64,000 nt of DNA from Nannocystales bacterium (GTDB lineage: Bacteria; Myxococcota_A; Polyangia; Nannocystales; Nannocystaceae): the NCBI GenBank assembly GCA_050633305.1, contig JBOEGF010000006.1:106480-170479 (forward strand), read 5' to 3'. Of the stretch, positions 40,416 through 49,785 are shown piece after piece. The translations under genes were made by a program, and so were the position numbers. The notes under the pieces were generated by a model. The model was not told where the DNA came from, made no database searches, and saw nothing but the letters and a program-made list of their open reading frames with translations. How positions within the stretch are numbered: position 1 is the stretch's first letter; each line of letters starts with the position of its first letter.

Positions 40416-40445
40416 TTGACAACGTGTCCCGCCGAGGCCTACCTT
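40416..40445 (+). promoter_or_regulatory. Putative sigma-70 promoter
   Basis: TTGACA-N18-TACCTT about 40 bp upstream of ATG 40486. Confidence 0.55.
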
Positions 40446-40485
40446 TGTGCGACTTTGCCGCATTTTGGCGGAAAGAGTGCGCAAC

Positions 40486-40695
40486 ATGGCCAGCTCTGAC
40501 AAGCGTAAGCAAAGCCTCTATTTCCCTGAGCAGATGTTGAAGGAGATCCAAGAGGAGGCCGCGCGGCAAGACCGCTCGCTCTCCTGGATCGTCCAGAAAG
40601 CGTGGAAGATCGCGCGGAAAGACATCATGAAATACCCGAGCGTCAATGAAGTGCCCGACGACGCTCCAGATGACGAGCGCGGCAAGAACGAGTAA
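40486..40695 (+). CDS. Myxobacterial small ribbon-helix-helix-like protein (TIGR04563-like)
   Basis: DKRKQSLYFPEQMLKEIQEEAARQDRSLSWIVQKAWKIAR. Confidence 0.88.
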   Translation: MASSDKRKQSLYFPEQMLKEIQEEAARQDRSLSWIVQKAWKIARKDIMKYPSVNEVPDDAPDDERGKNE

Positions 40696-40921
40696 CCGCG
40701 TCAACCGACCGCCGGGCAGACCCCACCGAGAGTTCATCGCCGGGGTCGCCCTCAATCACATGTGGATCACATGTGGGTCACAGCACTGTGTTTGCTCGAA
40801 GCGGGCATGCTCTGCATGCCATCCGGAGCCGAGGGTCGGTAATTGTGCGTAGCGCCCAGGCTGCTGGCGTGCTGCGTGGTCGACGCCGTCACAACGCGAC
40901 GGGTCCAGGTCGGGTCCAGGG

Positions 40922-41854
40922 TTGATGTCGCCCCCGCATTCCGAAGCTGACTCGGCACCGCCGAGTGCTGGAGTACGCGCCGAATCTGAGCGGTTTCTCG
41001 ACCGTCCGGACGGCGCGTCCGTATGCATTCAGGCCTGGGGCGAGCGCGGCTCTCCAACGATCCTCATCCTCGACGGCATCGGCTGCGCGGGTTGGGCGTT
41101 CCGAAAGATCCTCCCGGTCCTGCGTGACGACTTCCGCATCCTTCTGATGCACTACCGCGGGCACGGGCGTTCACCGAACCCGCCGCGTCCTTGGCATCTG
41201 GGCCTGGACGTTTTCGCGGACGACGCGGAGGCGACGTTGCGCAGCGAGGGCGCCGAACAAGCGGTCCTGCTCGGGTTTTCGATGGGCTTTCAGGTCGCGC
41301 TGGAGGTCTACAAGCGGCACAGGACCCGCGTTGCCGGGATGATCTCGATCGCAGGTCCATCGGGGCGCGCACTGGCCCAGTTCCAGGGCACCGACGTCAT
41401 CGCCCACGCCCTGCCCTTTTTGCGTGCGGCGACACGCCATGCATCCGACCTCACCGTCCGAGTGTGGAAAGCACTGGTCCCCAACCCGACGCTGCGGCGA
41501 CTCGGGATGGGAAGCCAACTCAACCTCGACCGGATCGACGTCGAGGACATCGACTTCTACCTGTCGCAGATCTCGAAGATGAGCCCAGAGCTGTTTCTCG
41601 AGGTCCTTCAGCAAGCCGCCCGTCACAGCACCGAAGACGTCATGCCGCGCGTGCGGGTCCCCTCTCTTGTCATGGCCGGCGGAAAAGACACCTTTGTTCC
41701 GCTGTCGACCATGCGAGACGTCGCGTTCGCGATTCCCGGCGCACAGTGGGTGGTGCTGCCCGAGGCTTCGCACGCTCTCCCAGCCGAGTACCCCGAAGAC
41801 GTCGCCGAGCACATCCGCCGGTTTTCGGCAGCGACGCTGTGCCCGCCCGCGTAG
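40922..41854 (+). CDS. Alpha/beta hydrolase
   Basis: YRGHGRS, GFSMG, GGKD, ASH. Confidence 0.9.
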   Translation: MMSPPHSEADSAPPSAGVRAESERFLDRPDGASVCIQAWGERGSPTILILDGIGCAGWAFRKILPVLRDDFRILLMHYRGHGRSPNPPRPWHLGLDVFADDAEATLRSEGAEQAVLLGFSMGFQVALEVYKRHRTRVAGMISIAGPSGRALAQFQGTDVIAHALPFLRAATRHASDLTVRVWKALVPNPTLRRLGMGSQLNLDRIDVEDIDFYLSQISKMSPELFLEVLQQAARHSTEDVMPRVRVPSLVMAGGKDTFVPLSTMRDVAFAIPGAQWVVLPEASHALPAEYPEDVAEHIRRFSAATLCPPA

Positions 41855-41858
41855 CGCT

Positions 41859-43265
41859 CTACTCGCCCGACTTCCGCCGCTTGCCGCCCTGACCGTCGTC
41901 GTCCTTCTCGATGGCGTAGCGCGTGAGCCGTTTGAAGGTCTCGTTGCGCTCGAGGTCGCTGAGGATCTTGACCAGGTCGTCGTGGGGCTTGGAGTCGTTG
42001 ACCAGCTTGCCGATCGTCCCCTCCCCCTTCTCGATACGCGCGGTGATCCGCGAAGCCGAAGCGGTCGTTTTCTCCACGTCTGCGAGGATCTTCTCGAGGT
42101 CGCTGGTGAGCTCCCCCTTCTCGTCGTAGAGCAGCTTGGAAGCCAACGACTTGTTGGTGGGGTCCTTGAGGTCGTCGAGCAGCTTCCGCAAGCTGGCCAT
42201 CGTCTCGCGCGCGTCGTCGACGGTGGGCTGAAGGTTCTTGTCGATCTTCGACAGCGAGTTGTTCGCCTTGCCGACGAATCGGTCCACCCCCTGCGCGGTG
42301 TTGCGAACGCCTCGAAGGGTCTGGCCGAAGTCAGCCTTGTACTCCTCGCTGGACAGCAGGGCGCCGACCAGGCCCTCCCCCTCGGCGATCTGCCGCGTGA
42401 TTTCTTCGGTGTGCTGGATGATGTTCTTGACGTTGTCGAGCGTCCGCTCGTCGTTGAGCTCGGAGAACAGGCTGGAGATGCCACCAAGGGCCGTGTCGAC
42501 CTTGTCGGTCAGGCCATCGATGCGTTCGCGAAACAGCTCGATGTCCTCGTACAGCGACGGGGAACTCTGGATGATGAGGACATCCGCGTCGTCGTGGCTG
42601 TTGAGGGCTTGTGGGGTGAGCTGGGCTCGCGCGCCGGGCGTGATGGCGACGAGCTGGTCACCGAGCACGCCGTTTTGGGCGATGGTCGCTCGGGAGTCCT
42701 CTCGGATCAGCGGAAGCTTGTCGGCGAAGATCGCCATGCGGACCTCGACCCGGCGGTGTTCCTTGTCGAAGCGCGCACAAACCCCCTCGGGCCCCGTCCA
42801 GAACACCCTGCGATACCGATTGCGGAACTCCTTGGTCACGCAAATCTCTTCGACCATGCAGTCCTGGGTGGTCATGCATGGCGCGTGCAGGCCCTTGGCG
42901 GCATAGGGTTCGAGCTCGGCGCAGACGCGGTCTGGACTGCAGAAGAGGAAGGAACTGCAATCGTCGGAACGGTCGCCGTCGAAGCGACCGATGTCCTCGG
43001 TCAGCGGGTCACAGACCAGGTCGTCGCCCGAACGCTGGACGAAGTTGATCGCGTCGACGGTGCCAATCTCGACCCCCGCCAGCTGCACTGGCGACCCTCG
43101 CCGGAGCCCGGAGATGGTGCGGAAGTCCGTATAGACGGGGACCTTGTCGGCCCATGTGCCCTCGGCCTGGCCGATGAGGAACAGCGACACGAAGCCCAGT
43201 GCCGCGAGGATGGTGACGAACAGCCCGACGATCAGCCGGGTCCGGGTTTCGCGTTCACGGGCCAT
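41859..43265 (-). CDS. mlaD: MlaD/MCE family protein with Cys-rich insertion and helical tail
   Basis: N-terminal TM, GLRRGSPVQLAGVEIGTV, GVLGDQLVAITPG, GEGTIGKLV. Confidence 0.88.
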   Translation of the reverse strand: MARERETRTRLIVGLFVTILAALGFVSLFLIGQAEGTWADKVPVYTDFRTISGLRRGSPVQLAGVEIGTVDAINFVQRSGDDLVCDPLTEDIGRFDGDRSDDCSSFLFCSPDRVCAELEPYAAKGLHAPCMTTQDCMVEEICVTKEFRNRYRRVFWTGPEGVCARFDKEHRRVEVRMAIFADKLPLIREDSRATIAQNGVLGDQLVAITPGARAQLTPQALNSHDDADVLIIQSSPSLYEDIELFRERIDGLTDKVDTALGGISSLFSELNDERTLDNVKNIIQHTEEITRQIAEGEGLVGALLSSEEYKADFGQTLRGVRNTAQGVDRFVGKANNSLSKIDKNLQPTVDDARETMASLRKLLDDLKDPTNKSLASKLLYDEKGELTSDLEKILADVEKTTASASRITARIEKGEGTIGKLVNDSKPHDDLVKILSDLERNETFKRLTRYAIEKDDDGQGGKRRKSGE

Positions 43266-44046
43266 GGTGTCGGGCCTCCGCTTCTCTGAGGGTGCCGTGG
43301 ATGAAGTCCCGAACCTCGCCCTGAGGCGAGTGCCACATTTCTTCGGCCGTCCCCACAAACGGGAATCGTTTTTCGTAGAGCATGGCGATGCGGTCCGACA
43401 CCTTGCGCGCCGTGGGCATGTCATGGGTGACCACGACGGAGGTCACCTTGAGTTCCCGCTGGAGCTTCATGATCATGGCGCTGATTCGGTTGATGTTCTT
43501 GGGATCGAGTCCGGTGGTGGGCTCGTCGTACAGGATAACTTCGGGCTCGATCGCAATCGAGCGTGCCAGCGCGACCCTCTTTCGCATCCCACCGGAGAGC
43601 GACGAGGGCATCGACTGCAGCACCCGCTCCTGCAGGCCGACCATGTCCACGCAGGACCGGGCCTTGTCCAGGATGCCAGCATCATCGAGTTCGGTGTGCT
43701 CGCGGAGTGCGTAGCCGATGTTCTCGAGGACGGTCATCGAGTCGAACAGCGCCCCGCCTTGAAAGACATACGCAACCCGCTGACGAATGGCGCGCAGTCC
43801 CTCCGCGTTCTGCTCCCCGACCGTTTTCCCCTCGACCTTCACCACCCCGGCATCCGCCTGGAGCAAACCGATCATCATCTTGAGGCAGACGCTCTTCCCC
43901 TGGCCGGAGCCTCCGATGATCGTCAGCGTCTCCCCGCGCTTCACGCTCAGATCCATGTCGGCGTAGACCGTGTTGTCGCCGAAGGACTTTTCGACCCCGA
44001 TGAACTCGATGACGGGGGCCGTCGCTGAGGGCTGGGTCTGCGTCAC
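43255..44046 (-). CDS. mlaF: MlaF-type ABC ATPase
   Basis: GGSGQGKS, FQGGALFDS, LSGGMRKR, LYDEPTTGLDP, VTHD. Confidence 0.92.
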   Translation of the reverse strand: MTQTQPSATAPVIEFIGVEKSFGDNTVYADMDLSVKRGETLTIIGGSGQGKSVCLKMMIGLLQADAGVVKVEGKTVGEQNAEGLRAIRQRVAYVFQGGALFDSMTVLENIGYALREHTELDDAGILDKARSCVDMVGLQERVLQSMPSSLSGGMRKRVALARSIAIEPEVILYDEPTTGLDPKNINRISAMIMKLQRELKVTSVVVTHDMPTARKVSDRIAMLYEKRFPFVGTAEEMWHSPQGEVRDFIHGTLREAEARHHGP

Positions 44047-44813
44047 AGGAACAGGATCGTGATGTAGAAGTCTGCGAGAATCACGCAGATCGACGTGGCG
44101 ACGACCGTCTCCATCGTCGACTTGCCGACCGCCTCGGTCCCGAACTTGGTCGAGAAGCCCTGGTAACAACCGATCAGCCCGACCAAGTAGCCGAAGGTGC
44201 CGCCCTTGACGATGCTCTGGAGGTAGTCGACCGGGGCGAGCTCGTCGACGTAGGTCTCGTAGAAGTAGCCGGCCGGAACACCGTAGACCCACTCGCCGAT
44301 CAGCATCCCGCCGACGAGGGCGATGATGTTGCCCCAGGCGACCAACAGCGGCACGGCCATGGTCCCGGCGACGAGCCGCGGCCAGACCAGTTTTTTGATC
44401 GGGTCGGCACCCAACGCGGCGACAGCGTCGATCTGCTCGGTCACCTTCATGGACCCGAGCTCCGCGGCCATGCCCGCCGCCATCTTGGCGCCCACGGTCA
44501 ACGCGATCAGCGTTGGAAGCAGTTCTCGCACCAAGGCCAACGAGCTGGCGTCGCCGAGCTTCATCGTCGCGCCGAAGTCCGCCAACGCCGCACCGAACTG
44601 CACCGCGAGGATCATCCCGATGAACAGCGACATGAAGGAGGCGATCGGGAGTGACCGGATCCCTTGTTCGACGAGCTGGGCCGCGATGTCGTCGATGCCC
44701 CACGGCCGCCGGGGTCCCGCCGCCGCAGAGCGCAGCGCGAGCGAAGTCAGACCTCCGACCCAGTCCAAGCCGGACAGGACCATCGCGCCGAACCGTTCGA
44801 TGAGCCGTCGCAT
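44043..44813 (-). CDS. mlaE: MlaE-type ABC permease
   Basis: VRELLP, AELGSMKVTEQIDA, GTEAVGKST. Confidence 0.93.
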   Translation of the reverse strand: MRRLIERFGAMVLSGLDWVGGLTSLALRSAAAGPRRPWGIDDIAAQLVEQGIRSLPIASFMSLFIGMILAVQFGAALADFGATMKLGDASSLALVRELLPTLIALTVGAKMAAGMAAELGSMKVTEQIDAVAALGADPIKKLVWPRLVAGTMAVPLLVAWGNIIALVGGMLIGEWVYGVPAGYFYETYVDELAPVDYLQSIVKGGTFGYLVGLIGCYQGFSTKFGTEAVGKSTMETVVATSICVILADFYITILFL

Positions 44814-44827
44814 ACGGAGGACTCAGC

Positions 44828-45385
44828 CTACAGCGGGAAGCGCAGCCCCTTCACCACGCGCGAAAAGGCGGCTTGGCCGGATGCGAAGTTCTCGGCGCCA
44901 GCCGAGTAGCGCAGGTCGAACAGGCAACCGTCCTTCTTCACAACCCACAGCTCGTTGCGGCGGGGGATGCCGTCGAGCGACGCGTCGACCACGGTACGCA
45001 TCGCGGCCCGCCCGATGAGCTCGGTCTCGGACTGCTCGAGGACGGTCCACCCGTCCCAGTCGATGCGGAGGTGGTCGGTGTATTGCTGCAGCGAGCTGTC
45101 GCCCTGGTCATCGCACTGCGCGTAGACCTCGATGATGCCGACGCCCTCGAGGGCGGTGTTCACCCAGGCGACCTGGATGTCGTCGACATCGCGCACCGGA
45201 CGCCACTCGCCTCCGGGGACGCCGAACGAGAACGTCGTCTCGGCGGGTCCACGATGACCGTAGTAGGTGTCCCCGTGGTCACGCCAACCGGCGCAGCCGA
45301 TGAGGAGGATGGACGCCGCCCATCCGACCGTCCGTCCAAGAAGTGCAACGCCCAACCGGGCGCTCGAGGCGCGAAAACGAGACAC
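44828..45385 (-). CDS. Hypothetical lipoprotein (possibly PsbP/DcrB-like fold)
   Basis: Lipobox LIGC; ends 14 bp before the mlaE start. Fold call is a guess and the start is uncertain. Confidence 0.6.
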   Translation of the reverse strand: MSRFRASSARLGVALLGRTVGWAASILLIGCAGWRDHGDTYYGHRGPAETTFSFGVPGGEWRPVRDVDDIQVAWVNTALEGVGIIEVYAQCDDQGDSSLQQYTDHLRIDWDGWTVLEQSETELIGRAAMRTVVDASLDGIPRRNELWVVKKDGCLFDLRYSAGAENFASGQAAFSRVVKGLRFPL

Positions 45386-45569
45386 GAGCGGCCGCGAGCA
45401 TAGCAGCCCTGGGCGCTCCGCAGCGAGGGATCAACGAGGCGGGCTGACGATCCGTGACGTGGGCTGTGCTCCGACTTGCACAGCCATGACCCAACTTGGC
45501 GCAAAGACATGCGCAGTTGTCCGCGCATGGACCTGCGCACCGCGAGCAGCGCGCACTTTCAAGGTTTAC

Positions 45570-45643
45570 AGTCAACGAGTTGGAAACGCAGGTAGTTTTC
45601 AAAACCGGTGCGCAGTCCGCTCCACTTCGGCACTCGCGTTGCA
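45570..45643 (+). promoter_or_regulatory. Putative sigma-54 promoter with upstream IHF-like site
   Basis: CGGCAC-TCGCG-TTGCA (45628-45643); AGTCAA-CGAG-TTG (45570-45582) is one mismatch from WATCAANNNNTTR. Confidence 0.55.
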
Positions 45644-45687
45644 GAGTTCTGCGACGTGCCGCCTTCGTTTGGTGGCGCGGAGATCCC

Positions 45688-45873
45688 ATGCAGCTCTCGA
45701 ACGAAACCTCTCGCAGCACCCTGACGGACGAACGAGGAGTGAGCATCCTCGCCCGCTCGCTGTTCAAGGAGATGCGAACGCAAGGCTACTCCCCGGATCA
45801 GATCGTCGGCCTCTCCTCGGAGCTGATCGAGCTGGTCCGCGACGACCTTCGGTCCGGCCTCGCCGCTGAGTAG
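45688..45873 (+). CDS. Small hypothetical protein (61 aa)
   Basis: GGAGA RBS; helical ILARSLFKEMRTQGYSPDQIVGLSSELIELV; high GC3. Confidence 0.75.
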   Translation: MQLSNETSRSTLTDERGVSILARSLFKEMRTQGYSPDQIVGLSSELIELVRDDLRSGLAAE

Positions 45874-46007
45874 CGCGACGCCTCCCTTCACAGCTGGCCC
45901 CGCGTCTGCCCCCACTGGGCAGGTCGGGGCTTTTGCTTTGGTTCCCGCCTGATTCGTGTGAGATGGAGTCTAGACGGCAGCGTCGGGCCCGGTTATGTCT
46001 CCGACCC

Positions 46008-47261
46008 ATGCTCTCGCTGTCGGATCTGGACGTCGACAATCGCCGTGTACTCGTGCGCGTGGACTTCAACGTCCCGCTCGACGCGGACGGAACGGTCCGC
46101 GACGACACTCGGATCCGTGCTGCCCTCCCCACCCTCCGGGCGCTCCGTGAGCGCAGCGCGCGTTTGATCATCGCCTCCCACCTTGGACGCCCGAAAGGCG
46201 CGTTCAAGCCGGAGTTGTCGATGGAGCCCGTCGGCGCGCGCCTGGCGGAATTGCTGGAGTGCGAGGTCCGCGTGCCCGATGAGGTCATCGGGGATGGTGT
46301 CACCAAGCTCGTCAACGACACGACCAACAAGCAGGTCGTCCTCCTCCAGAACCTGCGCTTTCATCCCGGAGAGACGAAGAACGATCCCGACCTGGCCGCG
46401 GGGCTCGCCTCCCTCGCCGACGCGTACGTCAACGACGCGTTCGGCGCATGCCACCGGAGCCACGCCTCGGTGGTTGGCGTCCCAGCCAAGGTCTCAGCGC
46501 GGGCCCCCGGACTCCTGTTGGAACGGGAGCTCACGGCCCTGCACCGGCTCACCCACGATCCCGCCCGACCTTTGGTCGCGATCGTCGGTGGTGCGAAGGT
46601 CTCGGACAAGCTCAGCGTGCTGGTGGCCCTGGTCGAGCAATTCAACGCGGGGGATGCGCTCCTCATCGGCGGCGCGATGGCCAACACGTTCCTTGCGGCC
46701 GCAGGCGGCGAGATGGGCGCCTCCCTGCATGAGCCCGACCGGTTCCGCGACTGCAAGACCGTCCTCGAGAAAGCGGCCGCACGAGACATCCGCGTGGTGC
46801 TTCCGACCGACGTCATGGTCGGGCACGGCCTGGACACGACCGAGGCCACGCCACTGCGCCTGGGAGCGCGGGACGTCGGCGATGAAGAGATGGCGCTCGA
46901 TATCGGGCCCGACTCGGTGGAGCAGTTCGCGCAGATCCTCAGCCGTGCGAAGACCATCTTCTGGAACGGCCCGATGGGCCTGTTCGAAAACCCAGCGTTT
47001 GCCCAGGGCACGCTTGGCGTCGCCAAGGCGGTCGCCGAGAGCGACGCGTTCTCCGTCGTGGGCGGTGGGGATTCGGTCGCCGCGTTGCACGAAAGCGGCC
47101 TGGCAGACCAGATCAGCCACGTCAGTACCGGAGGCGGCGCGTCTCTCGAGCTGATCGAGGGGAAGGTCCTCCCCGGCGTCGCGGCCCTGGTCCCAGACCC
47201 CGTACCCTTCGACTCCGTCCCCGACGCGCAGTCCGGCATCTACGAAGAGGACAGCGAATGA
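46008..47261 (+). CDS. pgk: Phosphoglycerate kinase
   Basis: RVDFNVP, SHLGRP, NDAFG, GGAKVSDK, WNGPMG, STGGGASL. Confidence 0.97.
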   Translation: MLSLSDLDVDNRRVLVRVDFNVPLDADGTVRDDTRIRAALPTLRALRERSARLIIASHLGRPKGAFKPELSMEPVGARLAELLECEVRVPDEVIGDGVTKLVNDTTNKQVVLLQNLRFHPGETKNDPDLAAGLASLADAYVNDAFGACHRSHASVVGVPAKVSARAPGLLLERELTALHRLTHDPARPLVAIVGGAKVSDKLSVLVALVEQFNAGDALLIGGAMANTFLAAAGGEMGASLHEPDRFRDCKTVLEKAAARDIRVVLPTDVMVGHGLDTTEATPLRLGARDVGDEEMALDIGPDSVEQFAQILSRAKTIFWNGPMGLFENPAFAQGTLGVAKAVAESDAFSVVGGGDSVAALHESGLADQISHVSTGGGASLELIEGKVLPGVAALVPDPVPFDSVPDAQSGIYEEDSE

Positions 47262-48067
47262 CCAACCGCATCACCTGGATCCTCGGAAACTGGAAACAGA
47301 ACCACCTCTGCGCCGCCGCTGTCGAATGCGCGGAAGGGGTGGCGACCGGGCTGGAGGCGGCTCTGGCCGACCCCGTCGCGGGCTGCCCGGAGGTCCGCGT
47401 GGGCTTTGCGCCGACGTACCTCGCGCTCTCGGCCGCGGCACCATTCACGCGACCGGCCGGAGGCGCTTGGCTGCTTGCCCAGGACGTCGGGGCACAAGAG
47501 TCCGGTGCGTTCACGGGAGAGATCGGCGTCGCGATGCTCAAAGAAGCTGGCGTTGATGCCGCCATCATCGGGCACTCGGAGCGCCGCGCCCTGTTTGGCG
47601 ACACCAACGCTCTGGTCGCGGCGAAGGTCGCCAACGCCCTCTCCCACGATCTCACCGTCGTGCTCTGCGTGGGCGAGTCACTCGACGCCCGCGACAAAGG
47701 AGAACATGAAACGACCGTCATTACGCAGCTTTCGGAGTCACTTGCTCAAGTGGGTTCCAGCGAAATGGATGCTAGGGTCGTCATCGCCTACGAACCTGTG
47801 TGGGCCATCGGCACCGGCCGCACCGCGTCTCCGGAGCAAGCTCGCGACATGCATCGCGCGATTCGCACGTATCTTCGCGAGACCTACGGAGATGCCGGCC
47901 GCGACAGATCCATCCTCTACGGTGGTAGCGTGAAGCCCGGGAACGCAGCCGAACTCCTCTCCGCCGGAGACATCGATGGTTTCCTCATCGGTGGCGCATC
48001 CCTCAAAGCTGATTCCTTTCTGGCCATTGCGGCCGCCGCCGCGCAAACTGCTCGGCCCACCGCCTGA
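47258..48067 (+). CDS. tpiA: Triosephosphate isomerase
   Basis: GNWK, GHSERR, AYEPVWAIGTG, YGGSV, GGASL. Confidence 0.97.
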   Translation: MTNRITWILGNWKQNHLCAAAVECAEGVATGLEAALADPVAGCPEVRVGFAPTYLALSAAAPFTRPAGGAWLLAQDVGAQESGAFTGEIGVAMLKEAGVDAAIIGHSERRALFGDTNALVAAKVANALSHDLTVVLCVGESLDARDKGEHETTVITQLSESLAQVGSSEMDARVVIAYEPVWAIGTGRTASPEQARDMHRAIRTYLRETYGDAGRDRSILYGGSVKPGNAAELLSAGDIDGFLIGGASLKADSFLAIAAAAAQTARPTA

Positions 48068-48123
48068 GTCCTTCGACTCCAACGGAAACTCTTCGTTTCG
48101 CTCCCCGCCCTGGTTGTCCTGTC

Positions 48124-48681
48124 ATGGATCTGTTCGTCGAGATCGTCTACGTCCTCATCACCATCGTTCTGGTGCTCGTTGTCCTGCTGCAAGCTGGCAA
48201 GGGCGGCGGCATGGGGAGCGCACTTGGCGGCGGCGCCAGCCAGAGCGTCTTCGGAGGCGGTGGTGGCGCCGACTTCCTTGCGAAACTGACCCAGGGCCTC
48301 GCAATCGGCTTCATGGTCTGTGCCGTCTACCTCGCCTACGCGAGCACCCACGCCGGGTCGGACCGGCTGCAGGACATGTCCGAGGAGCTCGAGTCCGAGA
48401 AGAACCTCGCGGGTGAGGACGACGAGGTCAACTACGAGCGTGTGGGGCCCAGCCCCTTGAAGCTCCCGGCAGCCGGCTCCGCGCCAGCCGACAGCGCGAC
48501 CCCCGCTGCCGCGGCTCCGACGCCCGCTGCCGAGGAGCCTTCGGCTGAAGAGCCTGCCGTGGTCGAAGCTCCCGCGGACGAGAAACCCGCGGTCGAAAAA
48601 CCGGTCGAGAAACCTGCCGCCGAGGCACCCAAAGCGGCTCCAGAGCCCACCCCGGCCGACGGCACTGCGGTCACCGGCTGA
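48124..48681 (+). CDS. secG: Preprotein translocase SecG with long acidic/Pro tail
   Basis: VLLQAGKGGGMGSALGGG...FG...FLAKLT; follows tpiA. Confidence 0.92.
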   Translation: MDLFVEIVYVLITIVLVLVVLLQAGKGGGMGSALGGGASQSVFGGGGGADFLAKLTQGLAIGFMVCAVYLAYASTHAGSDRLQDMSEELESEKNLAGEDDEVNYERVGPSPLKLPAAGSAPADSATPAAAAPTPAAEEPSAEEPAVVEAPADEKPAVEKPVEKPAAEAPKAAPEPTPADGTAVTG

Positions 48682-48762
48682 TCCGCTCTGCGCTCGAATC
48701 GAGCGCGCGCCGCCCGCGGATGTTGCCGCGCACTATGCGACTCCCCATAGAGGTCGAGTCGC

Positions 48763-49689
48763 ATGGAAGAGCGTCCCGTCATTGCCCTATCTTCGCTGGA
48801 ATTCGGTTCCAGCCCTGTTGTCGACGACGCGTGGTTGCACGGCTCGAGCGAATGCTTGACCCGCCTCCGCCGCCGCGCTGCCGCGACTGCGGACGCGGGC
48901 TCCCGGGTGGTGGTGATCACCGGTCCGGTCGGTATCGGCAAACGCAGGCTCGCGAGATGGATGCAACATCGCAGCGCCGGGCCCCTGACCCCGCTGCTGG
49001 AGCTTCACGGAAAAGCGCTGCCCTCAGACCTCGCGAACGCTCAGGGTCCGATCCTGATCCACGGCGCTGAGACGATCGACAGCCGCGCTGCACAGCTGAT
49101 CAAGGAGCGGATCACGGCCAACCCCGACGCGACGCTGTTCCTCACCAGCCGACTTCCCCTGGCCACCCTGCGAGAGCGGTCGCTGGAGCACGAGCAGCTC
49201 TTCGGTCGAATGACCGAGGCGGTGCTCGACATCCCCTCCCTCGCCGACCGCACCGAAGACATCGCGGGTATCGCACGTGCCGCACTCGATGATGCGTGCG
49301 GCCGCTACGGGCTCGCGACTCGCGCGCTGTCCCCAGGCGCACTCGCGGAGCTGGAGCGGCAGCCCTGGCCGGGCAGCGCGCGTCAGCTGCGAGCCCTGCT
49401 GGACCAGTCGGCGCTTCGGGCCAAGGGACGCTGGGTTGGACCTGCGGACTTGGGCCTTGCCACGTCCACCCCCCAAACCAGCGGGGTCCTTCATGTCCGG
49501 CTGCCCGGAGCATCCCTCCGGGAGATCGAGGTCAAGGCGATCACGCTCGCGCTCGAGCTCGCCGACGGCCGGATCGTTCGAGCCGCTGAGCTGCTCGGCA
49601 TCACCCGCCACGCGCTCCGGCGCAAGATCGACAAGTTCGGCGTCTCGGCGCGTCCCGCACTCGCCCAAGACCCCGACGCCAGCATCTGA
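48763..49689 (+). CDS. Degenerate sigma-54-activator-like AAA+ protein with Fis-type HTH
   Basis: GPVGIGK, IPSLADRTEDI, WPGSARQL, AAELLGITRHALRRK; no GAFTGA and no canonical Walker B. Confidence 0.78.
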   Translation: MEERPVIALSSLEFGSSPVVDDAWLHGSSECLTRLRRRAAATADAGSRVVVITGPVGIGKRRLARWMQHRSAGPLTPLLELHGKALPSDLANAQGPILIHGAETIDSRAAQLIKERITANPDATLFLTSRLPLATLRERSLEHEQLFGRMTEAVLDIPSLADRTEDIAGIARAALDDACGRYGLATRALSPGALAELERQPWPGSARQLRALLDQSALRAKGRWVGPADLGLATSTPQTSGVLHVRLPGASLREIEVKAITLALELADGRIVRAAELLGITRHALRRKIDKFGVSARPALAQDPDASI

Positions 49690-49785
49690 GCTGCGGATCG
49701 CGACCGCCCCACGGCGGGGCGCTCCCCTCCCCCGCCGCGAACGGGTGCGCTTGACCCCGCTCGCCGCGGCCTCCACCCTCGCTGC

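Noticed and set aside
40761..40769. DnaA box / replication origin
   Set aside because: A single one-mismatch match (TGTGGATCA), with no box cluster, AT-rich unwinding element or dnaA context.
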